Source of the DNA: Eledone cirrhosa
Taxonomy: Eukaryota
Direction: 5' to 3'
DNA length: 64,000 bases
Assembly: GCA_964016885.1 (NCBI GenBank)
Contig: OZ024742.1
Location: forward strand, 116,002,001 to 116,066,000
Shown: positions 12,540 through 27,500 of the stretch, piece after piece
Layout: each line of letters opens with the position of its first letter
Position numbering within the stretch: position 1 is the first letter of the stretch
Notes under the pieces: model-generated
Database searches by the model: none
What the model was told of the DNA's origin: nothing
Seen by the model: the letters and a program-made list of their open reading frames with translations, nothing else
Translations under genes and position numbers: made by a program

Positions 12540-14255
12540 AACCCATCTAAAAAAAGCTACTTAAAAAGTATGTAGGTATTGTGGATGAAAAGAGTGATGA
12601 TAGAATTTGTCTTCTCAAAGGGTGCGTGTTTAAGTTAGAAACATCAGAACCAAGAACGCGTTATCCTAACTTGTAGAGATTCTTCACCTAGTCCATGCAC
12701 ATATGCCTTGAATAATGAAGTGAACGAAAATATATCTGGAATAAGGGCACTTCGTTAACAAATCTGAAGCACTTGCTATTAGGGAAAACATGATTGGTGT
12801 TGCAGAATTACGAGATACCGTGTCATCTCATGAAGCTGAACTGGTGAGACTCTAAGAGTTAGCCATTGATAATGTAAATGGGAACAGCAGCGTGTTAACT
12901 GAACATGAAAGGAATTTATTAACAATCTTAAGATGACTTATTATCAAGATGACTTACCACTGATCATTCCGTCAATAAAAACCATCAAATGGAATAAATC
13001 AAGGCTGAGGCAGAATTAGTCAACAACATTATTGTTCAAGTCAAAACGAATGTCAATAGTGAAACACATAAGCTGCTTACCAGGGTAGCATTATCTGCTG
13101 AGAAGATGGGAGTTAAATCCTGATAAAATAGCTGACGGAGGGAAATAGGTGCTCTATTCTAGAAAGGTAGATTCCAGAGAAAGGTCATTATCAGGTAAAA
13201 ATATTTCAGTGTCCTTGAAGGATTTAAGTAGGGAAATCATGATCTAAGCTCCAATGAAAGAGCAACGTTGAACAAAAGATATAATCTTCAAGATGTAGCA
13301 TATATAAGTGTGATCAGTCAAATTAAAACAGAAATATACTGTGGCAGTCAGAAAATTTGGAAATTTGAATTCCAACAAAAGTAATTCTATCAAAATAAAC
13401 GTTTTCTATCACTCTCTTCTCAGATCTATAAAGAAGTCGGTGGAAATGCAAAATGGAGAATGTACTCCCCGATCCAGTTGCTGCAACTGTATTTTGGAAT
13501 AATTTCTGTGGGATAATTTCTGCTCATAATGACGAGACAGTGGCTTCAGTGAGTAAGACATCAACTAATCCCGAATGTGAAACAAGATAACATAAGCCTT
13601 TACTGCAGTGACGTCAAACTGTTTGTTACTGGAATAACATATTCGAAGACAAGAGCCTTTGAATGCATCCAACTATTCAGGTACAAGAATTTGGACAACA
13701 GGCAAGATAAGATAGCAGAACACTTGAATATATGCTTGTAGCTAGGAGAAGCTCCAAATTGAATGACCGGGATTATCGAGAACAAGATATATTAAAATCT
13801 TGAAGAGACGAATCTCCTCCCAAATACAAAATCGAAAATCAATGTCATTGTTACGAACATACACCTTTTGAATCCCGGCTATCTGGTGACGGAGAAGAGA
13901 TATTTCGATACCTAGAGATCAATACAACCGCCCTGATATCATTGTCTTTAATTGATATTACTCTCGTTCAAGACAACAATATGGCTGAACAGTAAATGGA
14001 AATTAATAATCATTCAGACCATGCAAGCGTTACTAGAACTGAACACATTGTCGGGCCAATAGTCATTGTGGCGCTCGGCACAGTCCCTAAACACCTTGAG
14101 TCTTCCATCAAAAGCCTTGGGATCATGATTTCCTAGGTAGTGTCCATAATACTGCCGTTACTAACACTGCCAGAATTCTGTGCGATATATTGAGTCACTG
14201 AGTCCAGGGATAAAACCGATTGCAAGTGTGTTTGAAATTTATTATCATTATCATG
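12540..14255 (+). pseudogene. Internally deleted, decayed R4/Dong-like RLE LINE
   Basis: 13925-14200 reads NRPDIIV-LIDI..., PIVIVALGTVPKHLE..., TARIL (restriction-like endonuclease C-terminus). Upstream region is only weakly recognisable. (att/atc)n tail. Confidence 0.65.
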
Positions 14256-15150
14256 GTCATTATCATATAAGTGTATCTATCGCACAAATGTATACTTGAG
14301 TAAATTGCAGTATCATATACATCCAAGCGTATTAAGATAATATTTTACTGAAGATAAGTGTGTGTGGGTGAATGAAAGATAGATAGAGAGAGAGAGAGAC
14401 TGTGTGTATGCGTGGAAAGCAAACGTCCTAATAATGGGAAAATGGGAAAAGTATATTTGAATAACGTCCAGGGCCGAGAAGGGTAATAAAATCTTACTGT
14501 AAAAGAAAAGCCAATAGAACTAACAAATACATACACACAATAAACTAACAAATAAACTAACACATAAATACACACAGAAAGCGACACTGTATAATGGAAG
14601 GTTGATGAAGAAGTATGAGGTTTGGGAATGATGTGAGGAACATAAATTATGGTGTTTCAATAAGAAGAACGATTGATGGAAGAAGAAATTGAAATGATAG
14701 ATTCATAAGTAACAGTTACTTTTTTCTTTTACAGCATATCGATAAACTACGCAAATATGAATACTACCATTTCTAAATTTGTGATATCGTCTGACATGTT
14801 TTTCAATGCGTGCCCGAGTAACGGATCGAAATATGTGGTTTGGGAGAATTAAATGAAGGTAAAAATCATATCTCATCCAATATATTGTCTATATATAATA
14901 CGAGGAGATAATAAAATGAAAGCAGGAAAAAATTTATGTGGAATACTTTTTTTAATATCGATTATTTTCCCCCTTTAATAATATTTATTTTTCCGTTAAG
15001 TTTAAAAAAAGAATTAAAAGCATATATCAAGTGTTGATCCTTAATTTTAAGTCATGATAGCGGAATGAAGAACTGAATAAAAAGAAAATTAAAATCATAA
15101 AATGGATGGGAATAGTTTTAAAGAGGTAAGAGGGAAATAGATCATATTCC

Positions 15151-15221
<71 letters not shown>

Positions 15222-15261
15222 CATGTATACATACATAGAAATTGTTATATATATATATAGA

Positions 15262-15310
<49 letters not shown>

Positions 15311-15581
15311 CAAAGAAGGTGTGGTAAGATACCAGGTGGACCATAACGCACCAGAGTACTCGATACTTAGGGTAGTAGAGTGGGTAATATGAAAAGATTC
15401 AGGACCCAGACTGCTTACGCATCGTGGATTAATATTTTAATAAGAAGCAGGGGCTTGGTAGCAGTGGGATATGTGTGTGGTATGGGTCGAACACTGCTCC
15501 GCTACGGAAGTAGGAGCTAAAGTACGAAGAACGATATAGCTGTCGAAACGGCCGGAGCTCAGCTGTCGGGGTCCTGGGTAT

Positions 15582-15619
<38 letters not shown>

Positions 15620-15689
15620 GTGTGTGTGTGGGTGTATGTATGTGTGTGTGTGTGTCTGTGTGTGTGTGTGTGTGTGTCTGTGTGTAGTT

Positions 15690-15790
15690 ATATATAAAAA
15701 TGGCTCTTCTACAGAAGAAATTATCATTCCCTGGTAATTTCTTCTTAATGAAACAGTTCCTTTCCTGTAGAAATCATTTTTTTATATATA
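15690..15790. repeat. Degenerate copy of hammerhead family G insert
   Basis: ttctacagaag...cctggtaatttcttcttaatgaaacagttcc..cctgtagaa matches 38500-38583, 50755-50890 and 62188-62380. Confidence 0.55.
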
Positions 15791-18700
15791 ACGTGATGAT
15801 TACAATATTAATGTATTGAATACCTTACTAACTGTGGTTAACCCCGATTAAACCCGAGACACACACACACATATACACCATCGAGCTAGCTGTACATGAA
15901 GACTTTGGAATTCCTTTATCATTCATTATAGTGACATGACCAGCCCAGCATTGTTGTGATTTCATGAGAAAGGTTGTTATGTCTCCAATCTTGCACTTAC
16001 TAGAGAGGTCAGCGTTATAATTCTCCCACTTTCATAGATATAGAATGTTAATCGCCTTTTAATAGTATTCTCTCATCTCAATAAATAAATGAAGAATTAA
16101 TATCGCCCTTCAGTAATAGATTCGTACATATTGGGATCATCCCCCACTTGAATGAAGAGCAAAGTCAAAATCGGTATGATGTATACAGGCGTAAACAAAT
16201 AAACAAATGTGACAAGGATATTTTCCAACACAAACATTTCTGACAGTCCACTACTCTTTAGAATAAACAGCACGAAGGTCATATGGAGTAACTCGGCCTC
16301 CTTCTGGAAATAGTAATAAAATCTGCTTTAAATCACATAATACCGGCTAGAAAAGAAATCATATCTAATACTGCTCATAAATAGCGTGCAACTGAAAACA
16401 TGAAGGGATGGGCAAGCATAGAAAGCTTTTATTAGATTTGACATGTTTCCTAACCAACAACAACAAATATTAATCTATAAGCACAATTTTGCGCTCTGAG
16501 GAAGGATACCATAACATTTCACATCGAGTTATACGGAAAAAAAAAGCGAATATAGAATGTAAATTGTTTCAGGAATACTAAACGTGTAATTAGAAAGAAT
16601 GTAATTTTACATTTACCTTTATCGTGGCATTTTATTGTTTTATCTGAACAAATCTTTGGAACGTTGTATCTTAGTAGATAAGGATAAACATGTAGATAAG
16701 GATAAACATGTTTTCTGTAAATAGAAAACATGTTTACACTAAGCGGAAACGTGTCAGAACAAGACAAAATAATACGAAGAAATGATTTCTTGTCAATTTT
16801 TCAAGTTATATGTTTTCCAATATCTGAAACTGAGACGGCAGTCTGTAAGTAATTTGCAAAAAATATAGTCTATAGAAATTCAACAGCAGGAATAATCATA
16901 TTTGAATTGCTCAATTGTTTGTTCAAATGTATGAAAACAGGAAGGCATTATCCCGCCGAGTATAAACAATTATAGTGGTAACTACATCAATTGGATGTTT
17001 TAACAACACCAGAATTATCAACGGTTTTATAATTTGAAAGGAATTGTTCTGTACTAAGTAAGAATTGAAAATAAAAGCATATTTAATCGAATCTTCAATT
17101 ACTTGATACAAAACGGTGCCTCCGCAATAAGGGAAGAATTGTTGATGAGTTTAATTAAGATTAAATTAGAAACAGGATAACTATAGATGTATCTGTTTAA
17201 ACATTTGGCTTATTGCTGGTCTTAAAAAGTAAAATACATACTGATCTTTGGATTAGATTGCTAAAGAAATGGTGTAAGTTCATTAATATTCTGAAACCAA
17301 ATGTTTAAACATATGTATGAAGCCGACGCTAAAGTTATTCAGCTTACTACGTATTGGTTTGTCAATACTTTCTGTATGCTGAATCTGAAAATACTGTGAC
17401 TTTTACTATGGTCTTTGCAGTATTGGCATTTAACATGCGTTTAACGGTACGTGGATGTGGAGATCTTGTTTAGGCCCCTTAATTAATCTTAGCTCTATAG
17501 GACAGAATGTATGATAAGTTAACAGACCGCATGTGATATTGACCGTTTCAATATTGCTAAAAAAAAACTATCTAAAACAGAATGGAAGATTTCAGAAAAC
17601 ATAATATATATTGTATACAATGGGAAAAATGAATTTCAATGAGTAATGTTCCAGGTTAAGAACATAAATGGAAATTCAGATCATGAATATCAACATAGCA
17701 TATAGAACACAGCTTAATGATAATATTCGCCAAAGATTGGAGAGTAACAGGACTCTATACAAGAAAAGCATGTCTCTGAATCAATAACTGAAACAATAAA
17801 TGTTCACGGTATATAACTTTGATAAATAATTGTTTCCACTATTGGCACAAGGCCAGAAACAAGGCCGATAACTTTGATAAATAATGATGACGATTTGAAA
17901 GATATGAGGTATCTAAATGTACCAACACAAAACAAATGTTGCAGGATCTCCGAGAATTTTGAGCACAAAGACAATATCTACAATTGGATTTTTGTTTAAC
18001 ACTATCCAATCTCTGCAAGTGGCCCAGGTGGAAATAGAAGGCAGTGGATGTAATTGAGAGCGAATGAGGCATGCAACAAATATTGGTTCTATTCAATTGA
18101 AGGAAAAATAGAAATCTGCACAGCAAATTTTCGAGTTGACCTCAAACCGGAAATTGTTACAAAATCGTGGATTCTGCGAAATGAAAACAAGAATCAGTTT
18201 GTAGAGTTGCAAATTTCTGTTTGCTTTCATTTTATTTGATTCAGGCACTTCAAAGAAAAAGGTTTCATAGAACCATGAAACCCGAGAACTGACACAAGCA
18301 CTGGTACTTATAGTAGAATCATGCTATGACATGTGTTATGCTGCGATAAGCTGTGTTATATTGTGTCGTGCTAACTCCGTCAATCAACCTAATGTTACAT
18401 GCTCGCAGATGATGCGAACCAATTGGCATAAGTATCAATTAACCAAACGTGTTATGTGTAGTTGAGCTATGAACCACCTAAGAGGTATAATACACAACAT
18501 CAAATCGGATTCAATTATTTCTTCTTTTGTCAGTTGTTCATTGGAGATATATAGTCTCTGAAATTGGGAGTTTTCGCTCCATAGCTTTGAAACAAACCCA
18601 AACGCATAACCAGTAAGACTATAACAGTGTTTAATCATGATCAATGAAACGAAAAATAGCGGTTTAATTAAATCATTTATAAGAAACCAGTACAATAAAC

Positions 18701-20239
18701 ATTAGTGTTCTCAATAAAAGTCAAGGAAATTACATGGTCAATACATAACACATCTAAAATACATGAAATGGGCAATGTTAGATGAAATATCTATAACTAA
18801 TGAGAAAGCTAAGAAATATATACCACTTTCCCCACCTCCTCGCATTATAGTACTTTAGCTATATGGACAGTGTGACAAATTGACTAAGTATTAACTTCAA
18901 AAATATAGTCTTCACAAAGATGAACTAGTATCGATTGATTCACACATTCCAAACCTAATGTTTCAGGGTAAGGGTTAGAATATGGAACACGTTTCCCAAG
19001 TTTTCACTTTTAATTATTGTCTAGTCTACCGGAGTGAATGTTGACACTTAATGATCGCCGTCCGTCCTGAAAAAGATAAATATTAAAGAGACTACAATAT
19101 CTAGGAAAATAGATTCTCATAAACATGTGATGAAAGACCCCTCATAGTTTTGAAGGGAAAAAACATTGTCCCACCAGGCATCAATTGAATTAAATTGACA
19201 GAGGCGCCTTTAAAATGTAATTAAAATATTACATTATGCCAAACAACTTCATACCAAAACGAAAACTCCAAAATATCAGATGAGTTAATTTTTAAATAAT
19301 TACTTTTACATCTATTTATAAATGCATATAAATGTAATGGATAATTTATAAATTACAATGCATTCGAGATGAATCGATGAATACCCCAATAAACTATCAG
19401 TTGAAACATGCATAGCATTCTGGTAGATAGAGATGGAAGCCAGGAAGTCATTTGAGTTGCTCTAAGAAAATGTTGACGTCTTTAATTACCTGGTTTTCAT
19501 GTATCAATTTAAAGTCATCTGCCTAGCTGCTAAATATAACTGACTGAATTTACATAAATTTCTTTTTTCCTTTAACTACTGACTCAGATGCGATTCTGGT
19601 TTAACTGCTAGCACAAAGATTGACTTTGGTTTATCTAATAACAACAGACTTGTGTCTGAGTTACTTAATAATTCTAGATTTACAAAGTCGTTGCACTATA
19701 AGAGTCGGTACTGCGTAAAATAAAATGCCTTGAAGTATGTTGTTCAACTTTCTATGAGTTGAATTATATGGCGCCAAGCGTAGCTTTGCCTTTCAACTTG
19801 TGGGGATCAAGAAAATACGTCTCCAGGTTGGGCAATTGAAGAAATTGTCAGAGAGTTGGTAACAACACTTTGCGGTATTTGTTCCGCCCCTATATGTTCA
19901 GCGTTCGAATACATCTGAAGCCTATTTGTTTGGTAGATATAGTATAGCAACCAGTTAAATATCTGCACCAGATACTCGGTTGCCATTAAGGAATTCCACT
20001 CTGTTGTAGACGTTTACGCAATGTTTGCAGCCTAAGGAAACCTTACCCCATACACTCTTCGCTGAGGACTTTACATGTGTTAGAGGCGCTGCATCTCTCG
20101 TACTGATTATACAGTAAAACGTAGACTCACCTTACGATTGGTTTATCTACTAATACCAACGTGATATGTGGTTTAACTACTCTACATAAGAATTAACTAT
20201 GTTTGGTGGAGAGTATTTTTAGTTTAGTGTGGTGGAAGT

Positions 20240-20600
20240 CACAACGTCATGGGTTCCCCTAGTCCTCCGAGACAGGCGATATTTACGCGAATGATGTTAT
20301 TATTGAACACCTTGAAAGAGGAACAGGGGGATATTTCTGTAGAAATACAGTGTATGAGGGTCTGGGTATAGTGGTTGATGTGCCGTTTCCAGTTGTGTGT
20401 ATAATGAAAAGAAGTGTGAGTGAGATTTGCCTGAGTATAGGTATAACTGATATCTGAGATCTGAGGAACAGCCGTCACTGTTGTTGTAGAGAATGAGACA
20501 GTGAGTAAGAATATTTTTCCGTGGTTTTGTAGGATTGAGAAAAAGAGCACCCATTAAACGTTTCCATTCCGAGAATGGTTAGAATAGTAGATACTTTTCC
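20240..20600 (-). mobile_element. Possible old LINE (L2/CR1-like) 3' fragment
   Basis: HSHFFSLYTQL... weakly resembles the SFFPxTxxLWNxLP C-terminal motif; low support. Confidence 0.3.
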
Positions 20601-22590
20601 TGAATGCTTATGACAGAGTAGACTCCACTAAAGATACTAAAATACCAGATGTTGGTGCGGGGTGTTACATTTAGCCTAAAATTGTGTCTATTAACCAGTT
20701 GGACCACAGTGAGATTTGAAGCTGGAATTATAAGACCCGGAACAAATACATTAAGCATTTTGTACTAAAACCTAGCATCTGTAGAGCAGATGACGGAATA
20801 TCATTGTTTACATGAGTGTTTCCACGGCTTTAAAAGTGTAGTCTTACATATTATAAACCTCTATATTTCACTTCAAGACTGCTTAAGTAACATAATAGTT
20901 CCTAACGTAGGCACATATCCAGCAATTTATTTTGTTGGGTTGGGTGTAGTATATGAGTGACACTGTATTCTATCAGCTTCAGAGGGAGTAAGTTCACCCT
21001 GGAGGAGTTTGAATTCACAAAGTAAAAAACCATATGATTTAATTCAGATAATTATTTCATACACTAACAGTTCTGCCAATTTACCGCCCCTGCATAGCTG
21101 ATATAGTATTAGATGTTAGAACCAACGTGTCATCAAAGCGTTAAATAAAGAATTGACATATATAACGGTAAAATACCTATGAAAAATGTTAAATAGACTA
21201 TCCCTCAGTGGTTCAGGTTCAAATTCTACGGAGGTTCACTTTGTCTTTTATCATTTTATGTTCAATAAAATAATATAACATAGCAGACCATGGCAATGGA
21301 TGAGTGGAACTGTAAGGCCGAGATGCCTTAGGGTGTTTGTGTCCTATTGGGGTGGCAAACCATAGAAGTCGAGCAACTATAACACCTCCATCATGTCCTC
21401 GGGTCGCTTTAAAGAAGTTCACACTGTTGCAATCATGTGGATCAGGTCTCCTACCATCCCAACAATATTGCAGGCACCGAGAAACGTAATGGCCATCGTC
21501 CTTCTCTTTCTTAGTAAGCAGGTAAAAAGCGAGTTTTGCTAAACAATAGTAAATATAGAAAAATATTACCACCAAAATTTGACTAGAATGTATAAGAAAT
21601 ATATATGAAACGGTTTTATTAAATATACAATCATGTACCATTATAGGTTTCCTACAAATACAGTGACACATTTATGATGTATACTCTTTAATATTCCATT
21701 TCGCTGTGATCCACCTTAACGACAAAATCGCACACTTGTAACTGACGTGATGGCAATATTTTTACATCTCTCTAACAATGAGATGTTTATAAAATATCGA
21801 ATCCCCGTCTGGAATATCAACTGTGCAATACAAATACGTATTTGATGAATGAATAATGCGCTCATATATCAGCAACAACTCCGTCGAAGCCATATCAATG
21901 CAGCTAAGACTAAAATAAACCAGTCAATGTATACAACGCATCAGACGTTTATTTCTACATTATCATAAGACAAATATGTTCAACGTTTATATACATAAAG
22001 ACAACATTTATCTCAAAGCACATTTAATGTTTTTCTTTTGCTGTGTTCACTCATAAGATTGCGACCAGTACTCGGTTTGTTTTAAGTCTGGCACTTCTTT
22101 TATCCATCAAGCACCAAGTTTCTATTAATCTTTTATTTTCTCTTCTCTTCTTTCTTCGTTCGACTTTACTGTTCCTCCAGATTACACACGTGTGACCATA
22201 TTCTTCTTTTATGTTTTTCGCAGCTCAAGCAAATGAAGTTGTTTTAAGCCATATTTATGATACCCATTTTCGTGATGTGTTTAACCCCAATTTAATGACT
22301 GATACATGCATACAGTTATTCATTGTATACTTATATATTAGTTCTGTTTGTGATATAACAACGTCCGAACGATTCCGTTTTACTTTCATGTATAGATTTC
22401 GTTCTATTATTATTATATGTTAGTTGCTCTATTTTGGGGGGTACGTTTAGAATTTAGCAATGCAGGTTTTATCACGATAAAAAACATAGTCCTTTCCAGA
22501 TATTTGCGAAAGTTGGTGATTGGGTGTTTTTTTTGTTTTCGTCGTTTTTTCGTGTTTTGTCTCCCATTTTGAATGTTATATACATATAAA

Positions 22591-22690
22591 TAGTGTGTCC
22601 CACAAAAATGTATACATACTCTCAATACCTGTACATGCAATATTTATTAGAATGCTGTTGAAGTGTGTATACATTTTTGGGGACACCCTA
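22591..22690. mobile_element. ~100-bp Tc1/mariner-type MITE
   Basis: Terminal inverted repeats tagtgtgtcccacaaaaatgtatacatac / gtgtgtatacatttttggggacacccta, in a TA context. Confidence 0.65.
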
Positions 22691-22929
22691 TATATATATA
22701 TTTATATATATATATATATAAATGCAAGTTTACGATTCTGTGTGTCCGCCTAAAACTAGTAAACTACCGGACTAAACTCCTCAAAATTGCATGTACATAT
22801 TCACTATAGAGTCGGACAGGTAACGGTCGAAAAAGTTTACTTTGCAAAGCAAGGAATTCATTTAAATTCAATTTATCTTATTTTCTAATGACTCTCAAAA
22901 GAGATCATTCATTTTGTTTTGTTATCTTC

Positions 22930-23770
22930 TCCAGTCTGTAGATAAGAGAGTGAGGGATGAGAGAGAGAAAGAGAGAGAGTAAATGATGAGAGAGAAAGAG
23001 AGAGAGTGGGAGAGAGAGAGTAAGGGAATGTGAGAGAGAAAGAGAGTAAGGGATGAAAACGAGAGTGGGAGATGGGAGAGAGAGAGTAAGGGGATGTGAG
23101 AGAGAAAGAAAGAGAGTAAGGGGATGAGAGAGAGAGAGAGAGACGATGAAAGATAGAGAGGGAAAGTAACCAGCCTTCTTAACTTTTATTTATTTATTAA
23201 TTTTACACAGTCTTTAACTCTCAGGCTTCTTTAACGTTATTTATCTTTTCTTTAATTTGTGTTCTCTATTCCGTAGAGAGAGGAGGGATGTGAGAGAGAG
23301 AAAAAAAAGAGAGAGAGAGTAATGGGATGGGAGAGAGAGGGGGAGTAGCGAGCGATCATTAACTTTTATTTATTTATTATTTTTACACACGTCTTACCTC
23401 TCCCAATGTTATTTATCTTTTCTTTATTTTTTTGTTCTCTATTCTGTAGAGAGAGGGGGGATGTGAGAGAGGAAAGAGAGAGAGAGAGAGTAATGGGATG
23501 GGAGAGAGAGAGGGAAAGTAGCTAACGTTCATTAACGATTATTTATTTATTATTTTTACACACTTCTTAACTCTCCCAATGTTATTTAACTTTTATTTAT
23601 TTATTGTTTGCTATTATGTAGAGAATGAGTGAGAGAAAGAAAGAGACGAGATGAGAAAGAGAAAGGGAGTGAGGCGGATGGGAGAGAGAAAGAAAGAGAC
23701 GAGATGAGAAAGAGAAAGGGAGTGAGGCAGATGGGAGAGAGAAAAAAGTAGGGGCAGAAGAGAGGGAGGG
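22930..23770. repeat. GA-rich degenerate tandem repeats (~175-bp units) in the Helitron 5' region
   Basis: Recurrent gtagagagaggg.atgtgagagag...ttatttatttattat.ttttacaca blocks. Confidence 0.7.
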
Positions 23771-24001
23771 TGATTGGAGGGATTCTTTACCTAACGTGTG
23801 TCCGCGTTTATATATATTTACACACATATATGTGTGTTATGGGGGGAGGGCGTTCTTTAGCAGACGATATATGTTACCATCAAAGCTACTTTTCTACATA
23901 TGTCTAAAGAAATCACAGATGCTTTTATATGTTTTGTATATGTGTATGGATTTTCCAGACAAAAAAACGGTATTTTTAAAAGATATTATTTAAATATGTA
24001 A

Positions 24002-24192
24002 GGGCGGCGGATTGGCAGTATCGGTAGAGGGTCGGACGCCATGCTTTCCAGCATAGTTACGTCCCTTTATGATCCGAGTTCAAATCCCGCCGAGGTTAAC
24101 TTTGCCTTTCATCCTTACGGGGTCGATAAAATAAAGTACCAGTAATACACTGGAATAATTGCTGGCCTTGTGCCTAAAGTAGAAACAATTAT
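24002..24192 (+). mobile_element. tRNA-derived SINE
   Basis: A-box tggcagtatcgg, B-box gagttcaaatcc, conserved body gccgaggttaactttgcctttcatcc..ggggtcgataaaataaagtaccagt, att tail. Multicopy in the window. Confidence 0.85.
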
Positions 24193-24443
24193 TTACATAT
24201 ATTATTTTCCGCTTTTATTTGAATTAACACAGAAAATATTTTTTTTGTAGTGTTTGTCGCTTTTTTTTTTTTGGGGGGGGGGGGGTAATTTCAGAATACA
24301 ATCTGAAATCCCAATATTTTCTACATATGTCTAAAATTAATTACACCTAATATACATTCATATAAAAAGATCATTTAAAACAACTTTACTGAGTGAATAA
24401 TGCATTCTATAGTTGTTTCTATTTCGGAAAGAGTGTGGGGTGT

Positions 24444-24562
24444 AATAACTGTTTCTACTTTTGGCACAAGGCCATCAATTATCCAGTACATTACTGGTAC
24501 TTTATTTTATCGCCCCCGCATGGATGAAAGGCAAAGTTAACCTCGGCGGGATTTGAACTCAG
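24444..24562 (-). mobile_element. 5'-truncated SINE, same family
   Basis: Reverse complement of the 24075-24192 sequence. Confidence 0.8.
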
Positions 24563-24579
24563 TAATAATATCACTTCAA

Positions 24580-27500
24580 ATGCCTAGAAAACGTTCCAGA
24601 TCATTATATGGAAGGTCATCTTCCGAAGTTAAGAGAAAGAAAACACAGCGATCTGAAGAAATCGAAGAAGTTCGGCATGCCCGTCTAGCTGCTAACAGAG
24701 CCCAAGCAGCTTTAGCACGAGCACACCGTTTGGATAAAAGGGAACAAAGGACTGCTGCTACACGAGAACAACAAATTAAGGAACAGCAGAAAATAAGACG
24801 AAATACTAATCACGCACATAGTTCCAATGCCCGAGCAGGATAACAAGCCACAAGTAAAATGAACTGGCTGATGGATGCTTTTTCTTATGACCCTCAAAAG
24901 GACTACAGCAGTAATCCACAAATCAACATTGGGAAAATGAACAAATGCTGCCAGTATTGTGGTGCCAAGAAGTGGGCAGCAGAAACACCATGTCTATCCT
25001 GCTCAAAAGGCAAAGTGAGCCTTAAAACAATACAAGAACCTCCTGAATTTCTGAAGAATCTGCTCTTTCAGCATACACCAGAAGCACGATACTTCAATAA
25101 ATACATCATGAAATATAATTCTGGCTTTCAAATGACATCTTTTAGGGCTGACAGGAATGTGACTGACTTTAGATTCTGTACAACTTATAAAATTCAAGGA
25201 CAGTGTTACCACTTAATGAGTGGCCTTCTCCCACTTTCACAGGAGCCTCACAAATTTGTGCAGGCTTACTTCATGGGTGAAAATGAAACACAGGCCTAAC
25301 AAAGATGTACCAATGTCCATGGCGGTTTACAGTTCTACATAGTCATAAATCTACCAGAAATGCTTCACCAACATCACATGTACGTCAGTGTATTTAAATA
25401 TGCACTGGAGCATATGAACAACACTACAGATCGTAAAATCATCATTAGAGCAGACAAACGCCCAGCTTCAGAACATGAACGCAGATTCAATGTACCTGTC
25501 ACTGATGAAGTTGCAATCATAATGGTTGATGAACAGCATGAACGATGTGACATTGTTTTTCAAAAACAAAGTGGACATTTGGAGCAAATTTGTGAAACTC
25601 ATAGAGTTATGATTCACGACAATATCTGCTCATCTTTTGGAATGGTCAAGATGGATATCATTTTCAGCTACGGCAGATCAACCCAGGAATGCGACGAGAT
25701 ACTGGCCGATCGATCAGCTGCAAAGAATTCTATGCTTATCATTTCATGGTACGTGATCAGTTCAACCAAGTTCTGCGATTCAAAGAAGTGACCAGCCAGT
25801 TCATGGTGAATATGTATGCCAAAATTGAAACAGAAAGATTGGGTTTTCTTCGAAGGAATCAAACTAAGTTGAGGGCAAATAACTACATCCACCTTAGAGA
25901 TGCCATCAATTCTGATGTTGACCCAAGAAATATTGACCAGCCAGTCATACTACCATCAAGCTTCACGGGAGGACCACGTTACATGCATGAACGTACGCAA
26001 GATGCAATGGTCTATGTCAGAAAATTTGGTCGGCCAGATCTCTTCATTACATTTACATGCAATTCAAACTGGTCAGAAATATCAAAAGAATTATTTCAAA
26101 ATCAAAAACCAAAGGATCGACATGACCTCATTGTTCGGGTTTTCCAGGAAAAGCAAAAAAAAAACTCATCTGGCTCCTAAAAGAAGGAAGAATCTTTGGT
26201 GAGCTTAGTGCTTGGATGACCACTATTGAGTGGCAGAAGAGAGGTCTTCCTCACTCTCACACACTAATCTGGTGCAAGAAGATAAGACCAAATGATGTTG
26301 ATTAGATCATTTCAGCAGAGATGCTTTATAAAGGTGGTAATCCTGAGCTCTTTGAAACCATCAAGTCCACACTCATTCATGGTCCATGTGGAGTCATCAA
26401 TCCAGCCTCTCCCTGCATGAAAAATCAAAAATGCAGCAAACCTTTCCTAGAGCTTTTATTAGGGAAACTTCGACTGACAATAATGGATACCCCCTTTATC
26501 GTAGACGTAGACCAGAACAGGGAGGCAATACTGCAAGCCTAACAGTTCGAGGGGAGGAGCTGACCATAAACAATCAGTGGGGCGTCCCACTCAAAAGATT
26601 TTTGTGTAAACTTTTAAAACTGATATCAATATTGAGTATTGCAGCTCCGTCAAGTCAATCCTATATGTCACAAAATATATCAACAAGGCCAGTGACATAG
26701 CTACCTTTATTATTGACAAATAACTCAATGATGGTGGGCTGGATGACGTCAAACGGTATCAAACAGGTCGATACATCTCCAGCAATGAAGCTATCTGGGT
26801 AATTTTTCGATTTGATATTCACGAACCCACCCAACAGTGGTCAACCTCGCAATCCATCTGGAAAATGGACAGAGAGTGTACTTCACTGAGATCACTGCTC
26901 ATCAGTTGGCACAAGCATCACATGACACTACACTAAGTGGTTTCTTTAAACTCTGCCAGAATGATAAATTTGCTCGATCCCTCCTATATTCTGAAGTCCA
27001 AACATAAAACACCTGGACCAATTGCAAGACCTGGAATCGTAGAAGGCAGTGTCAGTTAGTGGAAGGTCATGAAGTCAAGAAAACTGATGTTATTGGGCGT
27101 GTGTACAATGTACATCCAAACAACAGAGAATGTTTTTATTTACGGCTACTTCTGCATATTGTTCGAGGACCAACGTCATTGGAGGATGTTAGGTGCTTCA
27201 GAGGAAGCGAGTGCGCAACATACCAAGAAGCATGTAAACAGCATAGACTCCTGCATGACAATGGACACTGGAGGAATTGCCTAGAAGAAGCAGCAATCAC
27301 TCAAGCAGCCAGTCAAATAAGACAATTATTTGCTATTATGCTCACAGTATGTGGAATTGATGAAGCTCATCTACTCTAGCAGCAGTACGAAAACAATATG
27401 TCGGACGACTATCTACACCTAGCCCGAAGACATCATGGCAATATGTATATGGAATATACCCCCAGGATTTACAATCAAGCTCTCTGTGACCTGTCCCATC

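Noticed and set aside
16000-22500. Host gene exons in the low-repeat stretch
   Set aside because: No recognisable protein motif or convincing exon; only old SINE/LINE debris. Small exons cannot be excluded.
24002-24090. tRNA gene
   Set aside because: A/B boxes are followed by a multicopy SINE body and no cloverleaf forms.
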